From an uncultured Desulfosarcina sp. (GTDB taxonomy: Bacteria; Desulfobacterota; Desulfobacteria; Desulfobacterales; Desulfosarcinaceae), in NCBI GenBank assembly GCA_963674945.2, contig CAXXWQ010000004.1, positions 1,440,001-1,504,000 of the forward strand: a stretch of 64,000 nt of DNA. The letters run 5' to 3'. The notes under the pieces were generated by a model that saw only the letters and a program-made list of their open reading frames with translations, was not told the origin of the DNA and did no database searches. Below, one piece after another: positions 40,282 through 50,361 of this stretch. The translations under genes were made by a program, and so were the position numbers. How positions within the stretch are numbered: position 1 is the first letter of the stretch; each line of letters begins with the position of its first letter.

Positions 40282-41991
40282 TTAGTAACGGAACGTCAGG
40301 CTTACATAGGCGTCCCACACCTCGTCGATAACCGGATTCAAGGCGTTGAGAGAATTGATCTCGTCGATTTTCTGCGGCTTTCCCAAGGGATTCCCGCTTC
40401 CTGTATATTCGTAATCGTAGTACCGGGCACCGATGGTGGCGAAAAAGTTGTCGTTGATAATAGGCTGATGCCAGTATCCTTCGTAGACGTGGCCACGCAC
40501 GGCCAGCTTGCTGCCGACCAGCGAATCCTCTGCCCCGGTGAAATTGAACCAATAGCGGGAGCCGTAGTTGTATTCCACACCGAAGCGGGCGTCCCAGGGC
40601 ATGGGAAATACGGCGCCGACGTGTATCATGTATCCATCGCGGTCCTCCAGCTCACCATTGGAGTTGAGCAGGCCCATGCCCATGATTTTGTAGTAGGGAT
40701 TTTCGGATGTCTGCGAAGGGCTGGTATGGCTCCAGGAGCCGGACAAAAACAGGTCGATGTCCTTCTCGAACCGTTCGTACAGGTTGGTGCGCAAGAGCAG
40801 GCTGAGGGCGTCCCAGTCACCGAGGTTGGTGGAAGGTTGCAGCCGGGTAACGAATCCTCCGGAGTTTTGATTGAAGGTGTATGTACCGTCGGCATTTTCG
40901 GTGATGATGAACGGCATGACGGTAAGTCCGGTGAATCCGTCTGTAATGTCCCACGCATGGGCATAGTTGAGAACCGCACTGGTACTTTCATTGTCGAAGA
41001 TCGTTGCGATGAATCCGCCAAAATGCACGTCGTCCACATACGATTGCTGGCTACCCAGAGAATAGGTGTTTCCCCAATCGCTTTCGAATCCCTGACCATA
41101 ACACAATTTAAGGGATGCGCCCGGAATGCCGGTCACATATTCCAGGCCCATGCTGTAAGACGCACCGTCGAACTGCCAGTTGATGACCGAGGCAAGGGGA
41201 GAGCCTCCTTCAAGACTGTAATTCATGTACTCCATGGGAGGGCCTTCGGTGCCCGGCCGGCGTCCCACGGAAAATGTGGTGGGGACCCGCCCCCAGTCCT
41301 TTTTGTAAAAAAAGGAGGCCCGTTCCAGTCGTATGGTATCACCATGGGGCAGGTTTGACGTGTTCCCGTCCAAAGCGATATCGCCCAGCGTTCCCTGGTT
41401 GAACTTCACACCGCTGCTGTCACCGAACACCTTGTATGCGGCCAGACGACCGTCGAAACTGAGCTGATCGTTGACCTTGGCCGTCATTCGCAGTCGAAAT
41501 TTGTTGGTCAGGATGATATCGTTGTCGGCGTCGAATTTCTCGGTCGGGGGAATCATGCCGAATTGATCCATGAGCGCCATGGCCTGCTGTATCTGCGGCA
41601 ACGTGGCGTTGTTGAGTCCCATGGGATAATCCACGAAGAATCCTCCCACCAGGGAACTGGGCGCTACCTGGATGTCCTTATAATGAAGTGAGTCGCCCCT
41701 GGAGCGAAATTCGATGCCGAAGGCAACCTTGTCGGTGGCCGTGTGCAGTTCTGCTTTGTTGAGGCGATTGTCCAGTTCTTCGATCTCCTCGTCCTTCTCC
41801 TGATTCTTGCTCTCCAATGCCTCGAGTTGTTTCTTGACCTCGGACATCTCTTCATTCATCTGCTCCAACTTCTGCTTGAGCATCTGGACCTCCTCTTCTG
41901 CCCAGGCGATTGCAGGTGCCATGGCCCCCCAAAGAAAAACGAGGCAGAGCAGGATGACAATGATGTTATTGTTGCGCGCTGGATTGTTCAT
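40282..41991 (-). CDS. DUF3373-like exported/outer-membrane protein
   Basis: Signal peptide, coiled coil, then a beta-rich region with GRRPGTEGPP, EYNYGSRYWFNF and KLAVRG; C-terminal LTFRY. Confidence 0.75.
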   Translation of the reverse strand: MNNPARNNNIIVILLCLVFLWGAMAPAIAWAEEEVQMLKQKLEQMNEEMSEVKKQLEALESKNQEKDEEIEELDNRLNKAELHTATDKVAFGIEFRSRGDSLHYKDIQVAPSSLVGGFFVDYPMGLNNATLPQIQQAMALMDQFGMIPPTEKFDADNDIILTNKFRLRMTAKVNDQLSFDGRLAAYKVFGDSSGVKFNQGTLGDIALDGNTSNLPHGDTIRLERASFFYKKDWGRVPTTFSVGRRPGTEGPPMEYMNYSLEGGSPLASVINWQFDGASYSMGLEYVTGIPGASLKLCYGQGFESDWGNTYSLGSQQSYVDDVHFGGFIATIFDNESTSAVLNYAHAWDITDGFTGLTVMPFIITENADGTYTFNQNSGGFVTRLQPSTNLGDWDALSLLLRTNLYERFEKDIDLFLSGSWSHTSPSQTSENPYYKIMGMGLLNSNGELEDRDGYMIHVGAVFPMPWDARFGVEYNYGSRYWFNFTGAEDSLVGSKLAVRGHVYEGYWHQPIINDNFFATIGARYYDYEYTGSGNPLGKPQKIDEINSLNALNPVIDEVWDAYVSLTFRY

Positions 41992-42053
41992 CTGTTCTCC
42001 TTGTAAACGTTGTTCATGAAAAGTTGATGGATTTCGCCTGAACAATCGTATCG

Positions 42054-42068
42054 GCAACTGTCGTGCCA
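42054..42068 (-). promoter_or_regulatory. sigma54 -24/-12 promoter of the DUF3373-OTR cluster
   Basis: Minus strand reads TGGCACG-ACAG-TTGC, matching the consensus, about 60 bp upstream of the ATG. Confidence 0.85.
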
Positions 42069-42096
42069 TGTTGGGCAAAACGAGTCGAAATTTATT

Positions 42097-42193
42097 TAAC
42101 TTGTTGTTAATTTAATAAAAATTAAAACTGTAGACGATCTTGTAAAGTATTAAAGACAAGCTTATGTTAACACTTGTTAAGTTAACATGTTAA
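42097..42193. promoter_or_regulatory. Candidate IHF site and enhancer (UAS) region
   Basis: TAACAACAAGTTA on the minus strand (42097-42109) is close to WATCAANNNNTTR; clustered TGTTAA/TTAACA half-sites at 42165-42193. Confidence 0.55.
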
Positions 42194-42273
42194 TGCTATA
42201 TTTTAACAGAATTTACAATCACCGTTCACCAGCTGGCATGGAAATTGGCCACGGATTTAATACGGAAGGTGCC

Positions 42274-43641
42274 ATGAACATCGCAAAATATTGGAAAACC
42301 ATCGTCGATACACTTCAAGACGGCCTGATGGTCGTTGATCCAAAAGGAGATATCATCGCCGCCAATCAAGCGGCAGAGAAGATCACCGGTTATTCCCAAG
42401 ACGAATTAATCGGAAAATCTTGTCGCATATTGAATTGTACGGGATGCAAAATCATCGGGAAAGGTACTGGAACGAATTGGTGTCGTCTCTTTCAAAAAGG
42501 GGGCATCCGGGAGAAGAAATGCCTGATCACCAAAAAAGATCGTCATTCGGTGCACATCGTCAAAAGTGCCTCTGTTTTACGCGATGAAGCGGGAGAGATC
42601 ATCGGCGCCGTGGAAACCCTTACCGACATTACCGAGAAGATCCGGCAGCAGCAGGAGATCAGCCAGTTGCGCAAGACGTTTTACCTGGATGAGGGGTACC
42701 ACGGAATTCTTGGCAAAACGCCCGTAATGCTCAACCTGTTCGAAATGATCGAAAATGTTTCCCAGTCGGACACCCCGGTGATGATTCAAGGTGAGAGTGG
42801 AACCGGAAAAGAACTGGTTGCACGGGCCATTCACCAGGCCAGCAATCGCAGGGAGAAGCCGTACGTCAAGGTAAACTGCGCGGCCTTGAATGAAAACCTG
42901 TTGGAAAGCGAATTGTTCGGACACGTAAAGGGCGCCTATACCGGTGCGGACCGCACCCGCATCGGACGGTTCGAAGCCGCCAATGAAGGGACGATTTTCC
43001 TGGACGAGGTGGGAGACATCCCCCCCGCCATCCAGATCAAGTTGTTACGGGTGCTGGAAGAACGAAAGATCGAACGGGTGGGAGACAACCGTTCCGTCCC
43101 CGTGGATGTGCGGTTGATCACTGCGACCCACAAGGATCTGGAGTCGTTGATCCAGCAGCAGCTTTTTCGGGAAGATTTGTACTTTCGCATCAACGTCTTT
43201 CCCCTGCAATGCCCTCCGTTGGCCCAACGAAAGGACGACATCCCCATCATCGCCCAGAGCTTTATCCGTCGCAATGCGGCCAGCAGCGGAAAAAACATCC
43301 TCGGCCTGACACCGGACGCGCTGGAGGCCTTGACGGATTACAATTGGCCGGGAAACGTCCGGGAATTGCGCAACACCATCGAATACGCCTTCGTCCTCTG
43401 CCAGAACGGCGGTATCGGCGTTCAACACCTGCCCCACAAGATTGTCAACGGCATGGATACGCCACAACCGGACTGCCACCTCGATCCGCAATGTGTAAAG
43501 GATCGGGAACGGTTGATCCAGGTACTTCGGCAAACCGGCGGAAACCAGTCCAAGGCGGCAGAAATGCTGGGCGTCAGTCGGGTCACCATCTGGAAACGGA
43601 TCAAAAAATTCGGAATCGATATCAAGAAAGAGGTGGGATGA
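42274..43641 (+). CDS. PAS-domain sigma54-dependent activator (bEBP, Fis HTH)
   Basis: GESGTGKE, ESELFGHVKGAYTGA, FLDEVG, WPGNVREL and the GGNQSKAAEMLGVSRVTIW HTH. Confidence 0.95.
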   Translation: MNIAKYWKTIVDTLQDGLMVVDPKGDIIAANQAAEKITGYSQDELIGKSCRILNCTGCKIIGKGTGTNWCRLFQKGGIREKKCLITKKDRHSVHIVKSASVLRDEAGEIIGAVETLTDITEKIRQQQEISQLRKTFYLDEGYHGILGKTPVMLNLFEMIENVSQSDTPVMIQGESGTGKELVARAIHQASNRREKPYVKVNCAALNENLLESELFGHVKGAYTGADRTRIGRFEAANEGTIFLDEVGDIPPAIQIKLLRVLEERKIERVGDNRSVPVDVRLITATHKDLESLIQQQLFREDLYFRINVFPLQCPPLAQRKDDIPIIAQSFIRRNAASSGKNILGLTPDALEALTDYNWPGNVRELRNTIEYAFVLCQNGGIGVQHLPHKIVNGMDTPQPDCHLDPQCVKDRERLIQVLRQTGGNQSKAAEMLGVSRVTIWKRIKKFGIDIKKEVG

Positions 43642-43667
43642 CGAAAACCTTGTTTTCAACCAGAAAA

Positions 43668-43710
43668 CAACAGAGGCATCCTGCCGCTATGGAACAGGAT
43701 ACCTCTGTTG
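43668..43710 (-). terminator. Intrinsic terminator of the cold-shock gene
   Basis: CAACAGAGGTATCCTG...CAGGATGCCTCTGTTG followed by TTTT on the minus strand. Confidence 0.7.
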
Positions 43711-43730
43711 TGAATCAATTCGGTTGTTTG

Positions 43731-43934
43731 TCAGCTAGTTTTTTTCACATTCTTGGCTTCGGGACCACGGTCACTCTCCTCGACGTCGAAAATCACCATG
43801 TCTCCCTCTGACAGGGTCTTGAACCCCGTCATGTCAATAGCGCTGAAGTGGACGAAAATATCTCTTCCGTCCTCTTCGTTAATAAAACCATACCCCTTCT
43901 TGTCGTTGAACCATTTTACTGTACCGTTCGCCAA
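43731..43934 (-). CDS. Cold-shock protein
   Basis: [15 protein letters not shown] and [12 protein letters not shown] start after GAGGAGG. Confidence 0.95.
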   Translation of the reverse strand: MANGTVKWFNDKKGYGFINEEDGRDIFVHFSAIDMTGFKTLSEGDMVIFDVEESDRGPEAKNVKKTS

Positions 43935-44111
43935 AACGCCGACCTCCTCTTCTGGAAAAATCCCCCCCAAAATACCCCTTTGCCGCGGAAGACGATACTC
44001 CGGCAGTTGAGATAGTCGTGCAGAAGACGTGAAATCAAATGGTTTCGGTTGCCAAATTATCATCCCCATGATGAGCATTAGCCAATGAAAAAGGTGTTGT
44101 CAAGAGAAAAA

Positions 44112-45089
44112 CTACAATGGAAACCTCTGAATGTTGGCGTTTTTTCTTAGATTATCTAAGTAGTTGTTGATCTCCTTTCCCTCCGTTTCCTGCTGTAAAT
44201 GCGCAGAAATTGCCTCTTTCACTTCGGTAAAGGCCATGGTCTTCTCCGGGTTTCGCTCGATGACACGGATCAAATGGTAACCAAAACGAGTCCTTACGAT
44301 ATCGCTGGTCTGGCCGGGTTCCAGGGCGAAAGCAGCCTCGGAAAATGGTGGAACCATCTGGTTCCGCGTAAAAAAGCCCAAATCTCCGCCCTTGGCCTTG
44401 CTGGGACAATCTGAATATTGTTGGGCGAGCACAGAGAAATTCTCCCCGGAGGCGATTCGGGCCTTGAGTCCCTCAATGGTCGCCAGTGCCTTGGCTTGCG
44501 CCTCCTCATCCGCGTCTTCCGGCACCTTGATGAGAATGTGAGAGGCCTTTACCTGTTCCGGCTTTTGAAAAAACTGGGGATTGTTATCGTAGTACGCACG
44601 AACCTGTTCATCGGGGACGGTTACGTGATGGGTCACCTCCTTGTCCAGCAGGGCCTTGATTGCGAGTCCTTGATGAAGCTGCTCGATGAATTCTTTCTCG
44701 GAAAAGCCCATATCCGTAAGGGAATTTTGGTACGCCTGATCATCGGCGAATCCAGTTTTGAACTGATCCAACGCCTTGTCTATCTGTTTCTTTTGGATTT
44801 CGATACCCAATTCCCGGCTTTTCTGGAACAGCAAAGCGCGGTTGATCAGGGTTTCACGAATATCTCCTTCATATCGTCTCAATTGCTCATCCGAAACGGG
44901 CCTGCCCTCTCGGGCCAGTTTCATTGCGACAAGTTTCATCTCACGATCCAACTCCTGGCGAAGCAGAACAGTATCGTTTACCAGCGCGACTTTGCTGTTG
45001 GGTTGCTCCGCTGCGAGACCGTTGGAAAAAGATAGAAAAAAGAGAGTCATGAGGGTGATGATGAATCGTAAGGGTCGATACGGTGCCAT
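44112..45089 (-). CDS. Periplasmic peptidyl-prolyl isomerase (SurA/PrsA, parvulin)
   Basis: VKASHILI, GGDLGFF..QMVPPFSEAAF and TRFGYHLI. Confidence 0.93.
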   Translation of the reverse strand: MAPYRPLRFIITLMTLFFLSFSNGLAAEQPNSKVALVNDTVLLRQELDREMKLVAMKLAREGRPVSDEQLRRYEGDIRETLINRALLFQKSRELGIEIQKKQIDKALDQFKTGFADDQAYQNSLTDMGFSEKEFIEQLHQGLAIKALLDKEVTHHVTVPDEQVRAYYDNNPQFFQKPEQVKASHILIKVPEDADEEAQAKALATIEGLKARIASGENFSVLAQQYSDCPSKAKGGDLGFFTRNQMVPPFSEAAFALEPGQTSDIVRTRFGYHLIRVIERNPEKTMAFTEVKEAISAHLQQETEGKEINNYLDNLRKNANIQRFPL

Positions 45090-45337
45090 TGAATTCTCCT
45101 TGTTTGTTAAAAATTCGAGTCCACAGGGCCCGAATAGAAGGGGGATGCATTACGAACGCATGATACCGCAGGAGCCAGAATGAATGTGATGTCGCTTCGC
45201 TCCGACGATTTGATATGATGGATTGGGCCGAAGGCGAATACCTGATTCTGACTCCTGAATTCTTTTGACAATCATATGGCAGAGCAAGTGGACGCTGACC
45301 TGGTCCAGAGGACAAGGTTTTCTGAACCTCAATACAA

Positions 45338-46201
45338 TCACCTTGCAAGGGGAACGACCCCCACCATCTCGACCAGCTCACCGGTGAAACTGCCGACAAT
45401 CACCTTGCTCTTCAGTTTTATGGGCAGTCGCCGATGATCCGCAGACACCCACAATTGAATCTTTGCATCCGGGCTCTTTTCGAAGACCCCGCCGACGTGG
45501 GAAAGATCCGGTTCGATGAGAAACGTATCGAATGTTCCCGCAGGTACTGTGACCCGTTCGTTTCGAATCACATGGGCCACGCCCAATACCTGCTTTTTCC
45601 CATCGGTCACCGACCGTTGGATGTGACTGCCCGGTTCCAGTTTGACGGATCGGGACCAAAAAAAGACGGAAAGCGGATCCAGAGTGTCTTCCGTGATGGG
45701 AATTGGATCACGCGCCTTTCCCCGGTTGCTGTACTGGGCGGTCATTTTCTTCCAATCGAAAGAGACGATGATATCCCGCTTCCTCTCTCCTTCATGTTGT
45801 TTTTTTCGATATTCTAAGGATCGACGCATGTCGAAATCGGTCCAGGACTCGATACGATCCCGAACCATGAAAATGGAATCGACAAACGCATTGGATTGCG
45901 CCGATAGGGCAAAGTGGTGGGCATCGTCGTATGCAGCCAGCGGTTCCCTTGGGAGGACCTCCAGTATGGCCTCGCCTGCCGGAATGATGGTCCATTTAAG
46001 TACAAATGTCAGGCGCTCACCCGGCCGAAATGCTTCGACGGTGGCGGTTTCCTCCGCGAGGGAAGAGATGGGGAAAAAGAAGAAAAGGGAAAAGACAATC
46101 CAGCACGCAAACCACCATGGGCCATGACAGTGCACGTTCACTGCGTTTTTCAACGAGGTCTGTTCCTCTCTTTGCCTCAATGAACCCGCGACGATTTGCA
46201 T
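45338..46201 (-). CDS. DUF3108-like exported protein; start uncertain
   Basis: GERLTFVLKW, VTVPAGTFDT and LWVSADHRRLPIKL. Confidence 0.7.
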   Translation of the reverse strand: MQIVAGSLRQREEQTSLKNAVNVHCHGPWWFACWIVFSLFFFFPISSLAEETATVEAFRPGERLTFVLKWTIIPAGEAILEVLPREPLAAYDDAHHFALSAQSNAFVDSIFMVRDRIESWTDFDMRRSLEYRKKQHEGERKRDIIVSFDWKKMTAQYSNRGKARDPIPITEDTLDPLSVFFWSRSVKLEPGSHIQRSVTDGKKQVLGVAHVIRNERVTVPAGTFDTFLIEPDLSHVGGVFEKSPDAKIQLWVSADHRRLPIKLKSKVIVGSFTGELVEMVGVVPLAR

Positions 46202-46203
46202 TG

Positions 46204-47145
46204 TTACAATCTTACCGCCAGGCGACGTGCCCGACGACGGCCCCACAGCCAGAGGCGTAGGATATGCGTAAAGGCCACAGCCGTGATGATCCGCGGCACC
46301 CACAGCCAGAAAGGATGTATCCCAAATGGCAAAAACAGACACGGATCCTCGATCATGGCGTGATTGATGCCTATGGAAACGTGAAGGGGGGCCAGAATTT
46401 CCGGTGATAAGGGGCGTTCACTGACCTCTGCTACGATTACCGCACCACCGTATGCAATGCCGAACATCGCAGCCGTCATCCACAAAAGCGCCACCCTTCG
46501 ATCCAGACCCAGCAAAGACAAGGCGGGTTCGACGGCCCGAATTATACGGTCGATGATATGGTACTGCCGAACAAGTTCCATGAAGATCATCACCGCCATG
46601 ATGATGGCCAAAATCTTGAGGCCCAGCCATGCCATTTGGATGGCCCAATCCCGGATTGCCGGGAAAAATAGAACGGGGGAAGCGTTTGAAACGCTCGTTG
46701 TCATCTCAGTGGCCGTTTCCGGTCCGAATACCCACGACAAAAACCAGACCGTTACTACGGCCGCAAAGAGCCGAACAAGAGTGGCCAACAATGCGGAGAA
46801 ACCGGATCGGTTCTGAATGATGCCCTCTTGAATCAAATTGTGGGCGATAAGCAGGAAAATTGCCATCAACGTCATCTGAGCGACGGTGAATGGCAGAACA
46901 GACATCGCTGCAATTGCACCGTAAATTCCTGTCAGAAGGCCGACGATGAGTGGAAAGGCGGCCGTCGCAGGCAGGTGAAGCAAACCCATGAGCGGCTCCA
47001 GGATACCATCCAATTTGTTCAGCCAACCCGAATATTCAAACAGGAACGTCACGAAGGAGACGGGAAGAATGATCTTGACCATCCAGACGAATCCCAGCCA
47101 TCCTTTGACCGCGCCAAGTCGAACTGTCGTTGTTATGGAATCCAT
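46204..47145 (-). CDS. Nucleoside-recognition (Gate) domain membrane protein
   Basis: Multiple TM segments; LEPLMGLLHLP, GIAYGGAVI and NHAMIEDP. Confidence 0.7.
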   Translation of the reverse strand: MDSITTTVRLGAVKGWLGFVWMVKIILPVSFVTFLFEYSGWLNKLDGILEPLMGLLHLPATAAFPLIVGLLTGIYGAIAAMSVLPFTVAQMTLMAIFLLIAHNLIQEGIIQNRSGFSALLATLVRLFAAVVTVWFLSWVFGPETATEMTTSVSNASPVLFFPAIRDWAIQMAWLGLKILAIIMAVMIFMELVRQYHIIDRIIRAVEPALSLLGLDRRVALLWMTAAMFGIAYGGAVIVAEVSERPLSPEILAPLHVSIGINHAMIEDPCLFLPFGIHPFWLWVPRIITAVAFTHILRLWLWGRRRARRLAVRL

Positions 47146-47152
47146 GAACCGG

Positions 47153-47629
47153 TCACGGCATCAGATAAAATCCCAATATGGGGTCATCCATCTCATTGGG
47201 AAGGAAAGCGGCGCCCACGTATAAACCGCTGATATTACGAATGATCACCTTCTTTTTCATGGGGCTTCGCTTTTGATTGTCCAGGTTGAATTCGACCAAT
47301 AGTTTCGCACCAATGGGAAAATCTCGGGGTGCGTTCAATTTTAATTTCAGGCCAGTGGTGGAGATGTCCACCACCTTGACCAAGCCGGAATCAGCCGGAC
47401 CATTCTCCCCCATGAGGGTAAATCGCCCTGGCAGGTCGGCACTTTTTCTGTATTGCCTGCGCTTTTCCAAACGACACCGAAACGTGTTACCGCAGGTGCA
47501 GGTGCATTTGACCGTAATCTTCTGATTGGTGTTGGCGTATTTGCTGACATCTGTAATCTTGGCTTTCCCGCATTTGGGACAACGGAAGGTAGCGGTGTTG
47601 TTACTGGAAATAAATACGGTCTGATCCAT
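47153..47629 (-). CDS. Zinc-ribbon plus PilZ-domain protein
   Basis: CPKC and CTC; RRQYRK (RxxxR) and DISTTG (DxSxxG). Confidence 0.88.
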   Translation of the reverse strand: MDQTVFISSNNTATFRCPKCGKAKITDVSKYANTNQKITVKCTCTCGNTFRCRLEKRRQYRKSADLPGRFTLMGENGPADSGLVKVVDISTTGLKLKLNAPRDFPIGAKLLVEFNLDNQKRSPMKKKVIIRNISGLYVGAAFLPNEMDDPILGFYLMP

Positions 47630-47653
47630 ACGCTTGTCGTTTCGTCCAGAAAA

Positions 47654-48118
47654 TTAAAATTCATCCGCTATGGATTGATGGCCGCGTATCTTGATGATTT
47701 CTGGTTTGTAGTTGGTATCTTTCGAAAGACGACGGCCCGCAGCGCGGATAATGACAAATGCAAAACCGAAAAACGCGAAGCCCAAAAGGGCCGATAAACC
47801 CGATGGATCCATTCCTTTGTCCATGGCAATCCGCTGACCGAGGATCGCACCGGCAATCATCGCCAGGATGGGAAAAACATAGAGGAGGAAGGTGACCTTG
47901 AGAAGATAGGCGGTTTTGACATTCAAGACGATTCGATCACCCACGCGGGCATTGACCGAATTGATCGCCTCCACCTCCATCTCCTTGCTTTCTCCATCGC
48001 CATGGCAGGCATCTCTGGATGAACAGGATGCACAGGCGGAAGATCGCGTGGTCTTCACCCAGGCGGTTCCGTTTCCGGAAGCGCCCATCTTAAATACGAT
48101 TCCCTCTTCGATGGCCAT
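47654..48118 (-). CDS. RseC/MucC (SoxR-reducing system) family protein
   Basis: RSSACASC...C, ARVGDRI and LLYVFP followed by two TM helices. Confidence 0.9.
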   Translation of the reverse strand: MAIEEGIVFKMGASGNGTAWVKTTRSSACASCSSRDACHGDGESKEMEVEAINSVNARVGDRIVLNVKTAYLLKVTFLLYVFPILAMIAGAILGQRIAMDKGMDPSGLSALLGFAFFGFAFVIIRAAGRRLSKDTNYKPEIIKIRGHQSIADEF

Positions 48119-48204
48119 AAGCGGTATTCTCGGTGAATGGTACGTTCGTTGACCTATGAAAATCTACGTATCGTTGCTATCAATAAACACTTTTTTATCG
48201 AACA

Positions 48205-50262
48205 TCAACCGTTAACCGCTTTTTGAATATGGACCGGCGATTTTTCAACTGCCGCATCCTTGTAACAGATGAGACCACAATTGAGGCAGCGGGCAGCCTC
48301 TTCCTGGGCCATTTTCGTATCGAACCCCTTTTCCAACTCTTTCAACTGGGCAAGATCGCGACTCTCTGCAAGGGGCATGATTCGTCGCTGGACCGGTGTC
48401 ACCTCCTCCACCTCGTCCACATCTTGGATGATCATCTTTGGGTTCAACACGTTTTCCGGTAAGTCGACGGGAATATCATAGAGCAATTTGTGAATGGTGG
48501 CTGCCGCCCGTCGGCCAGCGCCAATCGCTTTGATGGCACCGCTGAAATCGGTCAGGGATTCACCCCTTGCGAACAGCCCCATCTGATTGGCCAGATCCGG
48601 TCTCTTGTAAGGTGATACGGCCGTCCATTCTCCCGTCCCGTCCGCCGTTTCATCCTCTTCATCGCGCGCGGATCGAGTGAAGATCAGTTCAGGAAAACGG
48701 CCCGCCGAAAAGACCAGGGTCTCGGCCGGCAATTGGAGGGCCTGATTCGTGGTCGCATCGATCACCTCCATACCCGTAAGGCAGTCTCCTTCCCCGAAGA
48801 GGCGGGTAACACCGCCGTATATCACTTGGGCACCGGCTTCTTTCAAAGCTGTCTGGGTTTGCGGCGTCAAGGCTTCACGAAAAACGAAAGTGACGGCATC
48901 GGCGCCGGCGCTGCGCGCCTTGGTCAGCGCTTCGCCGGCCAATCCCTCTCCGCCGACGATGACTGTTTGGCCCTGGCATGTCACGGTCTCGTGTCCGTTA
49001 CTGCCCGACCGGAGCAGGTCCAGCAGCAGGTAACCGCCGGGAATGGGACTTTCGGCCATCTTCTCGCCCCCACGGGCCAGACGGCTGTCCCATCCCCCCG
49101 AGGCGAGGAAAACGGCTTCGTAGCCCTCGTCCAGAAGGCCTGCCACGGTGATATCACGACCGAGCATCTGGCCGGTCTTGGCGGTAACCCCCATATCCAG
49201 AATGCCATCGATATCCCACTTGAGGATCTCGTCGGGAAGACGATACTTGGCAATGGCCGTATTGAGCAGTCCGCCCAGGCGGTCCGTACCTTCGTATACC
49301 GTGGTGTCGTGCCCCAACCGGGCCATGAAAAAAGAGGTGGAAAGTCCCTGTACACCGCCACCGATCACGGCGACGCGCCGGCCGGTTTCCGGTGCCTTGA
49401 ATGGTTGAATGCGCTCGCTTTGGGTACGTTCATAATCGGCGACAAACCGTTTCAAAAAGTTGATGGCTACGGGTTCGTCCACGTATTTCCGGCGACAATC
49501 GTCTTCGCAGGGCCGGGGACAGATTCGTCCGATCACGGTTGGAAAGGGATTTCGCTCCTTGATGGTCTGAACGGATCCGTGGTAATCGCCTTCGACGATC
49601 TGCTCGATGTAACGGCTGATATTGATCCCGGCCGGGCATGCACGCTGGCAGGGAGTGGTACAATCTTCCGTCGTGTACTCTTTCAAGATTCTACGGGTAA
49701 CGGAAGAGAGGGTGATGATGTGCTTGGGGCAAACCCGTTCACAGGTACCACAACCGGTACACTTGACCTCGTCCACCACCGGCAAGCCTTTCGGCCCCAT
49801 GGTAATTGCGTCGAAGGGGCACGCGGCGGCACAAGTCCCCAGCCCGAGACATCCGATATTGCAGACCTTCATTCCACCGGATAGAATCGCGGCCGCACGG
49901 CAGTCGTTCAGGCCGTCATACTTGTACTTCACATCGGCGTCGGCCACGCCGTAGGTGCAACCGGGCAGGGCGATGTCCGGTTCCTTGGCCTCGACACTGA
50001 CGCCGAGAATTTCGGCAATGGCCACGGCCACCTCTTCACCGGCTGCAACACATGAATTCGGTGCCGCCTTTCCCGCCACGATGGCTTCTGCATTGGCACT
50101 GCACCCGGGCATACCGCAGCCGCCACAGTTGGCACCGGGCAGGACGTCGTCGACGGCGACGATTTTCGGATCGACGTATACGTAAAAAACTTTGGAGGCC
50201 AGCGCCAGGCCGATTCCCACTACGAGTCCAAGTCCGCCCATGAGTACGATGGCTATGGTCAT
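48205..50262 (-). CDS. rnfB: RnfB-like polyferredoxin fused to a GltD/NfnB-like flavoprotein domain
   Basis: N-terminal TM; LPGANCGGCG.PGC; two ferredoxin motifs; PCQRACP...GRICPRPCE; VIGGGVQG; EAARCLNCG. Confidence 0.85.
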   Translation of the reverse strand: MTIAIVLMGGLGLVVGIGLALASKVFYVYVDPKIVAVDDVLPGANCGGCGMPGCSANAEAIVAGKAAPNSCVAAGEEVAVAIAEILGVSVEAKEPDIALPGCTYGVADADVKYKYDGLNDCRAAAILSGGMKVCNIGCLGLGTCAAACPFDAITMGPKGLPVVDEVKCTGCGTCERVCPKHIITLSSVTRRILKEYTTEDCTTPCQRACPAGINISRYIEQIVEGDYHGSVQTIKERNPFPTVIGRICPRPCEDDCRRKYVDEPVAINFLKRFVADYERTQSERIQPFKAPETGRRVAVIGGGVQGLSTSFFMARLGHDTTVYEGTDRLGGLLNTAIAKYRLPDEILKWDIDGILDMGVTAKTGQMLGRDITVAGLLDEGYEAVFLASGGWDSRLARGGEKMAESPIPGGYLLLDLLRSGSNGHETVTCQGQTVIVGGEGLAGEALTKARSAGADAVTFVFREALTPQTQTALKEAGAQVIYGGVTRLFGEGDCLTGMEVIDATTNQALQLPAETLVFSAGRFPELIFTRSARDEEDETADGTGEWTAVSPYKRPDLANQMGLFARGESLTDFSGAIKAIGAGRRAAATIHKLLYDIPVDLPENVLNPKMIIQDVDEVEEVTPVQRRIMPLAESRDLAQLKELEKGFDTKMAQEEAARCLNCGLICYKDAAVEKSPVHIQKAVNG

Positions 50263-50361
50263 ATGCACACCCCTGTCATTCTCTTTCACAGTTAGCCCAC
50301 CGGCGTTCAATAACAATCGAACGCGCCGAACCCAGGGCATTGTTGTCAATCGAAAGTGTGA

